DNA from: Nemertoderma westbladi
Taxonomy: Eukaryota; Animalia; Xenacoelomorpha
Assembly: GCA_032718475.1 (NCBI GenBank)
Contig: JAUCBJ010003412.1
Location: 1-54,774, forward strand
Length of the DNA: 54,774 nucleotides
Reading direction: 5' to 3'
Position numbers and translations under genes: made by a program. This document shows, one piece after another, positions 1 to 13,115 of this stretch; position 1 is the first letter of the stretch; the number at the start of each line of letters is the position of its first letter. The notes under the pieces were generated by a model. It had not been told where the DNA came from, made no database searches, and worked only from the letters and a program-made list of their open reading frames with translations.

Positions 1-4
1 TTAA

Positions 5-592
5 AAGGAAGTGGCCCATTCAAGACAATGTCTCATTTGAGCCACTTAAATGTAAAATGGCCCTCAGTAAACAATGTTTGTAAGGGCCATTTACAAGGAA
101 GTGGCCCATTTAAGACAATGTCTCATTTGAGCCACTTAAATGTAAAATGGCCCTAGATGGCAATAGATACGAATTGATTTCTACATCTTGTTTCTCGCAT
201 TACATGTGTTTTACGTTGGTTCTGAATTCATTGGAATAAATAAAAACGGCTTTAGACATTTCAAATTGTATTTTTCGGAGGTGTGTGCCAAATTAATAAT
301 AAACAAAACTAATAACAAAATTTTAATAAAAAAAACTTCCCAAGAAATTGGAATATTTATAATCAGCGCCCCAGAAAACCTAAAAATGTGATTTTAAGCA
401 CGCTAATAAGAGTAAATTTTATATTATTATTTCCGGTGTGAATAGGGTTAAAGGTGTAAAAAGGGTAAAAAGTTAAAGTGGCCCATTCAAGACAATGTCT
501 CATTGGAGCCACTTAAATGGCCCTCAGTAGACACTGTTCCTAAGGGCCATTTAAATTGGTATGGGTCCTTCAAGACAAATCTCCCATTGGAT
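5..592. repeat. ~90-bp tandem minisatellite, interrupted by an insertion at ~155-451
   Basis: AAGGAAGTGGCCCATT(C/T)AAGACAATGTCTCATTTGAGCCACTTAAATG starts at 5 and 95, with a near-identical unit from ~476. Confidence 0.8.
155..451. mobile_element. piggyBac-like non-autonomous element end fragment
   Basis: Ends AATAGGG|TTAA (441-451). 361-391 is the reverse complement of 53413-53443, which lies inside an element starting TTAA|CCCTATT at 52949. Confidence 0.5.
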
Positions 593-616
593 ACACGCAA
601 TGAAGGAAATGTCATA

Positions 617-697
617 TCATAGCATAGCATAGCATAGCATAGCATAGCATAGCATAGCATAGCATAGCATAGCATAGCATAGCATAGCATAGCATAG
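617..697. repeat. (CATAG)n pentanucleotide microsatellite
   Basis: Perfect CATAG tandem run read directly. Confidence 0.97.
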
Positions 698-2001
698 TAT
701 AATACCATAGCATACATACATAACATAACATAATGCATAACTATATAATAATTCAGCTCGTCGAGAGACAATGACAAATATAGAATAGGCCCTGTAACAA
801 TATTATAGATATAGAATAATAATGAAATTTATAGAGGCACATAAATAATGGCTATAATAATGTAGCACATACTGAATTTGTAAGGGGGGAAAATGTTTTC
901 AATACTAACTGCTAATGGATTATATTCCTGTCACTAGAATATCGTTTCTAGTAGTCGTGAAATGTTAGGATACATACCTAACATAACATCTACAGTTAGT
1001 TATCATAGCATGCATAGCATACATCTTATATCAGCAAACCAAACATAAACTGTAGCATGCCCTAAGACTAAGGGTCGGACGATACCATGCCAAGCATAGT
1101 TATATACCATACCATACATACCTTAAATAGCATGCAACATTGTAATCCTAAAGTATATTTCCTTGTTTTTTAGGTTTCAAACTATGTTTTGTTAAACTGT
1201 AGTGGCCGCTAAATGAATCAAGTTTCCATAATTATTCATGTGTATTCATGTTGTATTTGTGCAAATTATCAAACCTTCCCTTTGGCACAGCTTAGTGAAG
1301 TACAAGAGACGGCAAAGCACATAATAACAAAGAATCGAATATAGTGGCTGCAGATATGGTTTGACAGATGGGAGCTAGGTATATTAGGTAGTATTTCAAG
1401 GTCTACCTTTTTTTTTTGCCTGAGCCGCTAGCGGAATGGTAAGAGCGCCAAAATGGCGGTCACCACTTCGATCCCATCTGGATGTCATTCTCGACTTTGC
1501 TAAGCTGTGCCCAACAAAAGTTATAATAATTATTCATGAATCAATAATTATTGCTGTTCAATTTATTTCAGGGAAATTCGTTGAGTAGACACATATGTAA
1601 TTATCAGATTCTGCATTTTTGCACTTCTGTTTCTCGCTACTTTTCCTTGTTTCAGCGTCTATATTCTACCTATATTATTTTTTTTTAAAGAAAACTCTAT
1701 AATTAGAGCCATTGTGTCAATTATTTTCTTCCACCACTGCGTGGAACATCGTGGTATTTATTGCTATTTCAAAATATATTTTAGAAGGAAAAAAGTTCTG
1801 GAAGGGCCATACCTCACTACTTGTTAATTAGAGCCCCCTAGTGGATCATATTAGTATTTCATTTACATCTAAGCAAGTTTGTTGGGTATGCTCAAAAGTT
1901 ATATATTCGCACTGGCCCTTATCGGCCAATGCATATATATATATATATATACATATACTATATTATACATTATTGTAATATTATAATGGAAGATTGATTA
2001 T

Positions 2002-2841
2002 ATGTGTTCAATTGGAAGAGCGTTGAAGAAGTCCTGCAGAAACGACGCTCTAATGAAGACAGGAAGTAAGAATTGGACAACAAGCCTGGTGAAGGTTGAC
2101 GATCAGGCCGTTTTAGCCAGCAGGACTGGTCTAAGTATTGATGAGGTTCAGAATATATGTACTCACCACGAACTGACATACATGAAACATTTTTCAAATT
2201 TAGAAAGAAAGTGCTGTGATCCTTTCCAGAAGCACAAGAAACCTGTAACGAAGTGTCTCTTGGTGATAGGTATTGATGATGTGAAGCTGGCCAAGAGAAT
2301 TCAACCATCCCTTAATAATATCCCGGGTAAGAAGGTTTGTCGCAGGTGTCGCAGTGATCTCAAATCGAATACACAGAATACACTGCTAATTAATTCATCT
2401 GTGTTTGGTCAAGGACGACGAAGTTGTCTTAACGAAGCAAAATCCGCATCTGCATATAGAGAATCTGAATGTGAAGATATAGATGATGGGAGCTCCTGTT
2501 CCGAATTTGAAGCGGAGACTCCAAAGGGCAATGCCAAAATGTTGGTGAGTCTTAATAAGTCGCTAGAAATGCTTGATCAAACACCAATGAAAGTAGGAAA
2601 GAGAGCGCGTGAGCAACTGAAAAGAAAACTTATAAACAAAGCTAATACTGCTATGAAACATATATTACAGAAAGGGGCGATTTCGCTTGGAGTTCCAGTT
2701 TCCAACAGTGACCTTGATGATGAATCTGCGATGGCTAAGTCTATGAGAGATTTGGTAATGTTAATCAAGGGGAAGGTTACCACATTATCAGACTGCAACG
2801 AAAAGGTTCGACTTTTAACCCTAACTTTTAACTTCCAATGA
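2002..2841 (+). pseudogene. Truncated Cys/His-rich N-terminus of a putative DNA-transposon protein (ARL14-effector-like zinc-binding region)
   Basis: 279-aa ORF containing CTHH...CCDPFQKH...PGKKVCRRC. It ends abruptly after EKVRLLTL, shortly before a LINE tail. Confidence 0.45.
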
Positions 2842-3004
2842 GCCAAGCCTTCTTGCCGGGTTAACTCCAAAATGCCCATGTAGGATTTCTACGAAAAAGG
2901 TCCATTTTCTTTGAGTTACGAGTTACAGTAAAATAATACTCATGATTAGATTTTGCTTTGCGCAGGAGAAAGTACCCTCCTCTACAGTTAATATCGTGTA
3001 CACT

Positions 3005-3645
3005 TATTACTACTACACTACTACTACTACTAGGTCGAGCGAACTCGGACAGTGGAAATGAGATCCTTCCAGGCTTCCCGATTCTCCATAGTTGTCGCAA
3101 TTTCGTTTCTCCCAAGTTCAGTATCCCTTTCAAGTTGATCTATATATGTTATGGCCGGTCGTCCACGACTACGCTTTCCATGAGTTGGTTGCCAGAGAAG
3201 TAGATCTGGTATGACCTCGTCTTTACTTCGCCAGCAGTGCCCACTGAATCTTAATCTGCGTTCACGGAGGGTGGTTGAGACAGGTGGTATTGTACCATAA
3301 AGCTCGGCGTTTGTCATGTGTTGTCTCCAACTGATGTTTAGGGCTGCCCTTAGTGGTCTTGTATAGCAACCATCAATTCGTTGTTCAAGTGACTTAGTCA
3401 GTGTCCAGGTCTCACCCCCGTATAAGAATACACTTTCCACTGTGGCTTGAAAGAACTTAGTCTTCAGGTGCCTGGAGAGATCTGATTTCCAGATGGTATC
3501 CATTTTTGATAGAGCTACCCAAGCCTTTGCTTTCCTAACTTCTATGTCCTTTTTGCTACTCTCTATCCATGATCCAAGGTACTGGAAGTCATCGACCTTC
3601 CTTAGTTGATTATTATCAATGGTTGTCAAGTTTCCATCAACATTA
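3005..3645 (-). mobile_element. RTE-like non-LTR retrotransposon 3' fragment (RT C-terminus) with (TAG)n tail
   Basis: ORF 3030-3629 has FQYLGSWI, FLYGGETWTLT, RRLRFSGHCWR and GKRSRGRP. The stop codon runs into (TAG)n, seen as tactactac on the + strand at ~3008-3032. Confidence 0.9.
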
Positions 3646-4419
3646 ATTATTAGCTTTGTACACTTATTAGCTTTGTGATTATTTCTAAATCTATGTGGTT
3701 TATATGTATCTACAAGTTTGGATATGCTCTGTTCTATAGTTTTGTTTTTGTTTCGTCAATTACTGTAATTGTGCACATTTAGTGCCCTACCCAACCCACG
3801 TCAAAGTAATTAATATATTTATATAGCATTATTTACATTTCTAATTACGTAATTAAAATCGTGTTCCGGTTGGTGTTGTTATATCCATTTATAGGAATTT
3901 ATATTATAGGTTATTCGTTTATGCATGCAAGTTAATTCATATAATAAATTATATAATTATGTAAATAAAAATTGTTATGATTAAATTAAATGAAATAAAT
4001 CTTTACTTCGGTTTATACTTTTCAATGGCACACCCCAAGGCAACCTCTATACAAGGCCATGCAGCCCAATAAAGGCAGAAATTTGCTTAGGCTGAAAACT
4101 TCTAGGACTTCTAAAACATTAGAACCACTGGGTTTTAAACCCTCTACCCCATGAATTATCGTTTTTATGTTTGAAAATTTTTTTGCAATGTTTTTCCTGC
4201 ACAAATTAGTTCGAAATATACAAAAACTGATGAAAAAATTAAAAAAATAATTATTCACTCATTTCTTTAAATTGTACTGCATGTAGTTATAGGTTCAAAA
4301 TTTGTAGCAAATATGCTACAGTTTATACTTTAGAACTGAAAGTGACTGACTAGACTGTAGTCTAATGCAATAAAGCGTTAACGGTACATGGGAGCTGCTG
4401 TATACTGTGTGGTGTATAT

Positions 4420-4900
4420 TTGTCTGTATGTCGGACTGTCAGTCAAAAAATAAGAAATCACACCACTAAACTGAGGTTTTCGTTAAATGGGGTTTCATGG
4501 TTGGTGATTTTATTTCAGATGTACTTTTTAGGTTTGGGGGAATCTAGACTGCCTTTAAATCTGTCTGTATATCTGTCGGTCTTTCTGTCCGTCTGTCTGT
4601 CAAAAAATAAGGAAGCATTCCACAAATGTAAAATTCTTGCAATATGGGTTTTTGTGGTCAGTGACTCCATTTCAGATGTTAATTTTCAGGTTTAGAGGAA
4701 TCTAGACCGACTTTAAACTTGTCTGTATGTCTGTCAGTCTTTCTGTCTGTCTGTCTGTCAAGAAATAAGGAAGCATACCACAAATGTAAAATTATCGCTG
4801 TATGGGTTTTTATGGTCGGTGATTTCATTTCTGTGGTTAATATTAACGGTTGATGAAATCTAGACTGCCTTTGTTCTACTGACAGACAGACAGACAATCT
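4420..4900. repeat. ~170-bp tandem duplication with (CTGT)-rich microsatellite inside the P element
   Basis: GAATCTAGAC...CTGTCTGTC...AATAAGGAAGCAT..CACAAATGTAAAATT occurs at ~4540 and ~4698, with a partial third copy at ~4857. Confidence 0.7.
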
Positions 4901-4951
4901 AAATCACATTTGAATTTAAAATGGACATCAATTGTTTGTTTACAATTATTA

Positions 4952-6946
4952 TTAAAAATTAAATTTAGCACGTTTTTGTGGCACCGAAACAGAGTCATCC
5001 ATTGTTTGTTTACTCAAATTGTTAATCAAAATATTAACCAGAATACGAATAAGTTTGTTACTGTATGTGACATCATCATTCGTCACATACGAATTGACAA
5101 ACCTGAAAAGGGCAAGGAGGTGCTTCCTACAAAGTAACTCCCTACTAGGAACGTTCATGAAGAAGGAATAACAACACAACACAGAGATATATAAACTGTT
5201 GTCAGGCAATGAAAGCCTCCCTCGATTTATAGACTCAAAGTATCCAACAACTGTAGTACTGAGGCTTGTTGGCTTATCCACCGAGATTATCTTTGACTTA
5301 AATGAGCAATACCCAGCGATATATAACAGAACTGCCTTCTCGGATTCACTCAGATCATCTACGAGTATGGGAATAATATCAACAATATCAAGTTCATCTT
5401 TAGTAAGTGGTAAGAAACAATTGGTGCAGTTGTGTTCAGACGATGGCCCAGAAATGTCAGGAAGAGCATGCAAGGTGGCCAGCACTTTGGCTGAGTTTAT
5501 GGCTGAAAATTCGAAGACTTGCTTTGCTGAACACTGACGTAATAACATCCACCAAAGGTTTGGCGAATTTTACCAAAAAACTCCTCAAGGAAATCACTCT
5601 GAAACAAGCCAGTTAGGACAACCTTGTGGCTATAAGGAGATGGTAGGTCTAAAAGATGCCGAATTAAATCGCACAGGCATTTGGTTGACCAATGTAGAGA
5701 GGTAGCTGTTTCCACTGTGAAGGTTTCAACACATGATTTATTAGAGGTAGGCTTCATAGAAGCAAACATATCCGCCATATCAGACAGAAAGTCCAATCGT
5801 GGGTCGGCTTTGGAACTGAATACATATCGAGCTCCATCATTATATCTGGGACCAGCTGATGGGGCTTTGATATTAACTATTTTCCACCACTCAAGTATCA
5901 ATTCAATAAAGACAACAGTTCCAACAGAGGCGTACTGATTATTGTCAATAGGAAATGTTTTAAGGGCAGCTAATGTCTTGTCTGAGACGGCAGCAAGCTT
6001 GACATTCTGCCGTTGTATTTTCGATGGTTGAATGGAAGACAGAGTTAGTTCCGATGCTTTTACCAAAGCCTGTGAATCCATGGTATATAGAGCAATCAAA
6101 TCTCCCCAATTTGCCTGTAAAGATATCTCTCCATGTGGTTCATCTCGAACGTCATAAAACTTTAAGCACTTCCTTCTTTCAGTAAACCAGTTATTTCGAA
6201 TTGACTTCAATAGATGGACAAAATCAAATAATAGAAATACTGGATTTTCTGATACAGGAGACTTGGCAAACCATGGCATACTAATATCAGGCTTGATAAA
6301 CTTAGCCAAGAATTTCCTATTAACTGCATTATTGTCCGAGATTATAGCAACTGTAAACCCTGATGATTCCGCAATACTTCTCATAACAAACTTAACATTA
6401 TCAAACTGAAATTCAGAGTCCAATCCACTACATGGTATCATTCTTACGATAAACGATGGACCCCCAAACAGGCACTTCACCATAATAGCAAGCACAGTTT
6501 TGGCCAACATACTCCCATCATTCTGAGCCATTCCAAAGATTGTACCTTCATGGTATTGTATTGATGGCTTAATATATATCTCATCCACAATAAGTACACA
6601 GAGACGTTGTCACTCTTCAATATGGTTGAATATCGCAGTGATAAACTCATTGGCGCTTTGCTTGGCTACAGAAGAAGTCAGATTTCTCAGAAGCCGCAGA
6701 CTTGGAAGTACTAAACAATCACTCATCTCACTGTAGAGATTAGTTGACATGCAATACCGGCTATAATATTGGGAAGTGCAGCCAACCACCGTTTCAGTTC
6801 ACCTTGATCCTTTGGGAATCCATAAACAGGCGTGGGCGTCATTTTTTTTGAAGAACATTATCAGCAACATCGCTACCGGTAATGGTATCCTTTTTAGTTG
6901 CATCGTAGCCGGTTCTACATTTCCCAACAGAACATTTCCGACCCAT
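4952..6946 (-). pseudogene. P-element transposase pseudogene (partial THAP domain plus Tnp_P catalytic region)
   Basis: ATG at 6946 reads MGRKCSVGKCRTGY, then after a frameshift VYGFPKDQGELKRWLAALPN (THAP). Downstream are LVLPSLRLLR, DEIYIKP, FDFVHLLKSIRNNW, RQNVKLA and QSDFLEEFFGKIRQ, then a frameshift into 4952-5548 (YIAGY, INRGRLSLP). Confidence 0.88.
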
Positions 6947-6983
6947 ATCGATCGATATTAACTAGACCATATATACAGCAGTA

Positions 6984-7171
6984 CAGTCGTGGGGAAGTTC
7001 TATTTCAACCGAGTTGAAATTTCAACATTTTCTGTCCAGCTGTCTTGCCGTCAGCTGTCTAGCTCTAAACCTCCTGCCATTTTAGAGTTGACTTTAGGCT
7101 ATAACTTAAAAGTTAAATTTAAAAAAGTTTTAAATACCAACTCAGTTTAAATTGAAACTTTTCCTCGACTG
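6984..7171. mobile_element. MITE-like element with imperfect TIRs nested in the P element
   Basis: TA|CAGTCGTGGGGAAGTTCTATTTCAACCGAGTTG at the left end and CAACTCAGTTTAAATTGAAACTTTTCCTCGACTG|CA at the right end. Confidence 0.55.
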
Positions 7172-8416
7172 CATAGGCTGATAGGCCTGTGGGCCTACGA
7201 ATTAGGCCTCAGGCCTAGTGAATTATTAAATAATGACACCTAATAAAAAAAATACCCCTAGCTGCCTAGACGCCCTACCGGTACTGTGTGCTGCATTGTA
7301 TTGTAATGCTGGAGTCCTGGAGTGGCGGCAACCAGGCACCAGGTAATTTGTAAACAGGTAGGTTTAGGTCAGTAGGTAATTTCAGATAGATTAGAGCACT
7401 GACCTACTAACAGTAACTGCCTAAACAAAAGGATAAACCAAATACCTGGTACCGAAATACCCACCCCATACCCCACAAACGCTAAGCCAGCAGCATAACT
7501 AAACTGCCTACAGCTGTACAGTACCTGCACTAGGCCTATTACTACGTACTAACTGACTGATAAAGGCCTATGTAATACATAATATATAAACATGAAACAG
7601 CAGAATACACTTGCTGACGTCAGGCAGTGCGGAGTTGTTGGTTGTTGCTGTACATTCCTGCAGTCCAGTACTGTAGTACCGGTACCATGCTCGAATGAAC
7701 CAGTACTGCATTCAGACTGTAAGTAGAAATTTCAGCCTAAGCAAATTTCTGCCTTTATTGGGCTGCGTGGCCTTCCTTGTATTTAGGTCGCCTTGGCACA
7801 CCCTCACAATCACTTCAAATAGCAGTCGGCTGTAGAAGTGACCATCCGAAAAACTGCCAAGGTCAAAGCTCATTTGCATAGGCATAATGAGAGAAGCAAT
7901 TTGAGGTATATAATAAGGTATATGGCTGAAACAAAAAAAATCGCCAGTCGAGAAAGTATTCCCTCAACCGATAAGTGATAATGAATATTTTTATCGCATA
8001 TGATTTTCAGTGCTTAATTCAATAGAAGCACTTCTGATTGTGCTATAGAGCTGGTAATGGGCTCATTAGAACCGCAATGGCCGATTTAGTTGGAGAAGAA
8101 ACATGTTTTAGGACCAAATTGTTAATACTTTTGGAGTTATGGTCCACTTCTAACTCATGAGGTTCTAGCTTCTCTGTAGGATAGACACTACGGTAGGATT
8201 CTTCAACCTGCGACATAATGCAATGTTAACATTTATAATAGTTGAATTGAACAGTTATACACATTATACTATTGTACAGTGTAGTGTAAGCCTTATTCTG
8301 ATATAATAATATTTGTGATATAATTTGGTCCTTATCCTGATATATATTTGATATTATGCCAACTGAATATATATTTGCATTTGGAAATAGTCTACCACTA
8401 GCTACTGATTGCATCT

Positions 8417-9036
8417 TTGCTATTTTCTCTGTGTCCCCTACGTATAACAAATCATATAACAAAATATATACCTACATATAACAAAATCAAAACTGCTTTG
8501 GCAAGGTCCTGTATGAATGCAGCTATTACAATTGAACAAGCGAGAAAAGCCTTTCAAGCAACCACACAAGAGTTCTTTGGTCATAGATATGAACTGAACC
8601 CACCAATTGTTGTTGATGGATGTCACAGTGATGACGAAAATGGTGGAGTCATTGAGCCAACTTCAACTGCCAGCATTACTCAGAAAAATACTACACCTCG
8701 GACTGCTATAGAATTTGAAAGCTATGAGAATGTGTTACCAAGTGCGCGTGCAATCGACAAACAGAAGCATATACTAGCTATTCAGGAAGGGCGAAATGCG
8801 GCACTTGCAATACTGGAGGCCGAAGATGAACAGATTACATTACACTTTGACACCACAAAGCGTAGACGGATAGAAGGTGATTGGCCAGCTGTTATTGTGA
8901 AGCTAAGCAGTGGCAAGGATTTTCGTGTTCGTCCACTATCTCTTGCACATTACACTTTGACGCCACAAAGCGTAGACGGATAGAAGGTGATTGGCCAGCT
9001 GTTATTGTGAAGCTAAGCAGTGGCAAGGATTTTCGT
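8417..9036 (+). pseudogene. Fragment of an unclassified protein (probably transposase-like) ending in a 90-bp internal duplication
   Basis: ORF contains TLHFDTTKRRRIEGDWPAVIV. 8837-8926 is repeated at 8947-9036, after which similarity stops. Confidence 0.4.
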
Positions 9037-9310
9037 TAATAATTCTAATTAAGTCAGTCAATCTTTCATGAAATGGAACCAAACTTTGTAGTATATAAAA
9101 AGTTTAGAAATTCTATACAGAGACAGACTTGTATAGTTCATCTGACAACCGATATGGGGCGGCAAATGACTATGTCCACTAATTGTTCATCTACGTAAAG
9201 GTTTATCTGGACTTACGTGCGCGCGATGGCCCCACGAACATGTTACTATATAGTCTGCTTCTTGAGCCTTGGTGTTCTATGTACTGTAGGACATATAGTT
9301 TGGAGTAACC

Positions 9311-9658
9311 ATGGCATCAAGGTTATCTCAAAATCTATTATCGACTTATTTGTATGAAGGATATACACAGCCCGAAATTCAGAAACTATTGGAATATGAT
9401 GACTCCTTAGATGTTTCAGTCAGAACAGTTCGACGCAGGATTTGTCTGCTAGGTATCAAGAAAAAATTAGATATCAGCCAGTTAGAAAGCATTATTGATG
9501 CCATTTTACTAGAACCATCGTGTGGGTATCAGAAAATGAAAAAATTATTATTATTATTAAGGAAATACCATATATTTGTTCGTGAAGAAGTTGTTGCTCT
9601 AATTCACCAAGCCATTGTTGTGATTCTCTTGAAACCAGGTTTTGGCCATGTACAGTAG
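9311..9658 (+). pseudogene. Degenerate HTH-containing N-terminus of an IS3EU-like/integrase-type transposase
   Basis: GYTQPEI...VSVRTVRRR...CGYQKM...IFVREEVV pattern; no DDE core follows. Confidence 0.4.
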
Positions 9659-10773
9659 TACATCATACCATGTTGAAAGCTTTAACCAAAATATTATGGG
9701 TACCCTTTGTCAAGACGTTTGCAACATCAGTTGCCATGTCTAAGACACCAAACGCGCAAATGGCATTTTTCAATTACACTGATCACCACAAAGCTGACTA
9801 ATCATTCAATGTCATGTTAGAGGGGAATATGATGATCCAATTCGCTTCAATGTATTGGAACAAAAGACATTATTATTGACTGGGCTAATAATAAAAGAAA
9901 TCCTTCCCTCAAGTTTTTGTTTGAGTGGTCATACGGACCCATTCTGTCTGCTAAGCTTTTTAAAGAAGCTGTTCAACATAAATGTTGCCTTATATATAGC
10001 CTTATGCCTTATGTATGCCTTATAGATGAATATGTAGAAAGCTGTTCTGGCAAACCCTCGGGCACGGCGTCTCACTCTGACTCTACTTCCAGTAGTGATG
10101 ACGATCATTTATAATTACTAATTAGGTATATATACCGTTTTTTTTTAATAATTTGAGAATTTAATAATTTTCTTCAGTATATTAATATTATAATAATTCA
10201 TGCTAAATATTTAATATATATATATATATTATATATACAATACATATATATACATATATACATAATAAGATTCAGTTTAAATCAATTTAAAAAAATCAAT
10301 TACTGTAGGTAAATCAATTAAAAAATTTAAAATACGAATAACATTGCCAAATTATTAATAAAAAGTATTGTCATATTGCACATTATAGGTACGAAGTTCT
10401 CAAAAGTATCAAAATAACATTCAACTCAAATTAAACATATATAATAAGCTATAAAAGAGTAAAAAATATCACAATCAATTAGGTAAATCAATTAAAAAAA
10501 TTGCTATTTAAAATTACAGCTATATAATATATAAAAATATATAGGTTATATATTGGTTGGTGGTGCTGCTGCTGATTGGCTCGTTGAGGCATCACCATCC
10601 TGTATCGTTTCCGTCATGGCAACAACACTCCCCAACAAAGTCAACCCTATTTGCCTGGCAATACCATGGGCACATGGTCTTTCCCTCAGCAATGGTCAAC
10701 ATTGGAAATCCGTTGTTTGTTTGAAGCTATTGATAGCTTAAGCTGGGTGCTGCTCTGGGTCTTAAACTGACAG

Positions 10774-10856
10774 TGGTGCAGACACTGGTGCAGACAGTTG
10801 TGCAGACACTAGTGCAGATAGTGGTGCAGACACTGGTGCAGATACTGGTTCAGACA
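10774..10856. repeat. 12-bp minisatellite (GTGCAGACACTG-like), ~7 copies
   Basis: Read directly; gives the VQTL peptide repeats in the ORF track. Confidence 0.85.
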
Positions 10857-11821
10857 GAAGAGAAATGTTCTTCTGCCCACATGTGTCGTGTCGTGTATTG
10901 TATTTTGCACACATTACTATTTTTTAGCATTCGCTTTGCTTCCCGTAAAGAAATTGCAAATAGTTAAAAAATATACTTTCCAATATTATATTTTATTATT
11001 TTTTATTAAATAATATTACTATTAATAAATTAACAGAATAAAGCAAATTACACTTATTTGTGCTTAAAATGAAATGACTATTTTCGATAAAAAAAAAAGT
11101 AAGCGGAAAATCCCGCTTTTGTCACTCATTTTCAGTTTAATTTTTAGTTCAAGTTTTTAGCACGACGAAACGAGTGCTAGAATGCCAACGAGTGGAAAAC
11201 TAAACACACGAGGGCAGAATATCTGAATTTCGCTGAAAAACATGAGTGGAAAAGAGTGTTTTCCGTTCCAGTTTTGTATTGAATATTGTTTTATTTGAAA
11301 ATAATTCGATCGAATAGATTGGTTTTTGTTGTATGTGCGGGGTAGGCAACCACACAAACGAAAATAGTACCATTGACCTAGAAATTTACAACCGAATATA
11401 CTTGATAATCCAATGTAAATATAATTAATTTGCAAATTAGTCCACTAAATGCTAAGTAAAGGTGAAAAATTTTGTGCGGGAAAGTGTGTGTTACTGATGT
11501 GGAAAAACTGTGGAAATACACACTGGATTTCCCACATGGGATACCTGTGCGTAACACACTCTATAAGTGCGAAATAACACGTGTGTTCCACACATATAAG
11601 CATGTTTCATTTGAGGGTGTATTCCGACTGCGTAAATCCAATTGCGTTGCTGCGCTTACATTTTTCACTGCATATCAGGGCTGAATGTGACCATGTGTCA
11701 GTGACGATACTGGTAGGCAATACAAGTTACGTGACACAACACTAATTGTGATAAAACTTTGATAATGTTTTTAATATTGTACGTTTCAGAGAAAGGTGCA
11801 GATCGTGGGTCTTCAGAACAT

Positions 11822-12374
11822 TGTGCACTGGCTTTCCATAGGCTTTCCACGATTTGGAAGTCACCGAGAATTAATCGGAAACTTAAGGTCCGATTATTTA
11901 GAGCAGCAGTAGTTCCAGTACTCCTCTACGGGAGTCCATGCTGGGCTCTAACTGGTGAGGACACCAAATCTCTGGATGGCACATTCACAAGAATGCTACG
12001 CCGGGTTCATTGTGTCAAGTACAATGCACACATCTCCAACCAGACACTATATAACATTGGAGGTGTCTCATTGGTTCCCCCAAGCTTGACACTAGAACAA
12101 AATCGCCTCCGCTTTGCAGGACATTGCTTTCGCCGTGAGGACCAGCCAGTGCATAATCTTGTACTTTGGCAGCCTCATGGAGTGAATAAGCATGGTGGAC
12201 AGCCCATGACTTTCTTGAGACGCATCTTAAAGGACACTGGCCTTAAAGATGCGGATGATCTAGCAAATGTCATGGGTGATAGGGAGTTGTGGCGGTGCAA
12301 TTTTGTTGACAAGCCGGCACAGCATTCTTAAAAATGCAGCTGCAATGCAGCATGCCGATCCTAGTAGTAGTAGT
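11822..12374 (+). mobile_element. RTE-like LINE 3' fragment, family B copy 1
   Basis: VLLYGSPCWALT and RLRFAGHCFRR motifs; 3' UTR GCAGCTGCAATGCAGCATGCCGATCC followed by (TAG)n. Confidence 0.9.
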
Positions 12375-12966
12375 GCACTGGAGGACACTCATGGAGGTGA
12401 GGATCCTTCATTTCGTCAACCCTACCAAAAAATATCATCCAAGAAATTCAAAGAGGGCTTTACTTTACTCAGGCTTTGTGGTCATTAATCATGGGGGCGC
12501 AAAGACAATTAGGTTTTTCACGCAGGATGTGGGGATGGTGAAACTTGTCCGCCTTCAGGAGCCCGCATTCCGGGGCGACAAGTCTCGCAGGTTAATCCCC
12601 ATAATACAAGTACAGGAGCCGACTATTGTAATACCCGTTCCAACGGTGGTATGTCAGCAGTGAGACATTGCCATAAAATCAGAGGAGTTGATGGGCTCCT
12701 CTATTAATGTCCCTGAACTGGAACTGGAAGGGGTAAGTTCAAGATCGAAGTACTGTATAATATATTCGGTCTGGTGACCTGGCCTTTTTAGTACTGGTAA
12801 AATTTGTGTTACGATTTTTTAAAGCTGTATGAACCCAGTTACTTTGCTTAATAAAACAAACAAATAGATTTAAATTAATGACATAAATTTCACCTTGGCG
12901 AATTTATATCTCGCTTCAATGTTAAATTATAGCCATTTAGGGAAAGGGACAGGTTACAGCCGCTTT

Positions 12967-13083
12967 AAACCCTCACTATAAAATATAATCGCACTATTAT
13001 ATAATATATGCAACCCTACAGCACGCCCTTTTCACTGTTGTTAAACCCTCACTATAAAATATAATCGCACTATTATATAATAT
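12967..13083. repeat. 41-bp direct duplication
   Basis: AAACCCTCACTATAAAATATAATCGCACTATTATATAATAT at 12967 and 13043. Confidence 0.85.
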
Positions 13084-13115
13084 CTGAGTGGCTCTTATAA
13101 GTAAGAGCCACGAAA

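Larger units (their letters stand above)
4036..7795 (-). mobile_element. P-element superfamily (THAP/THAP9-type) DNA transposon, bounded but defective
   Basis: ~70-bp imperfect TIRs (CAAGGCAACC...AAAGGCAGAAATTTGCTTAGGCTGAAA from 4036; reverse complement ending CCTTG at 7795). Exact 8-bp TSD GCACACCC at 4028-4035 and 7796-7803. Confidence 0.92.

Noticed and set aside
487-777. CYAML-repeat ORF
   Set aside because: Translation of (CATAG)n.
1420-1500. tRNA-like A/B box sequence (similar traces at ~22328 and ~34410)
   Set aside because: No complete cloverleaf; at most decayed SINE heads.
11460-11670. Possible small MITE (GTGAAAAAT...ATTTTTCAC)
   Set aside because: The inverted match is short and AT-rich, with no clear TSD.
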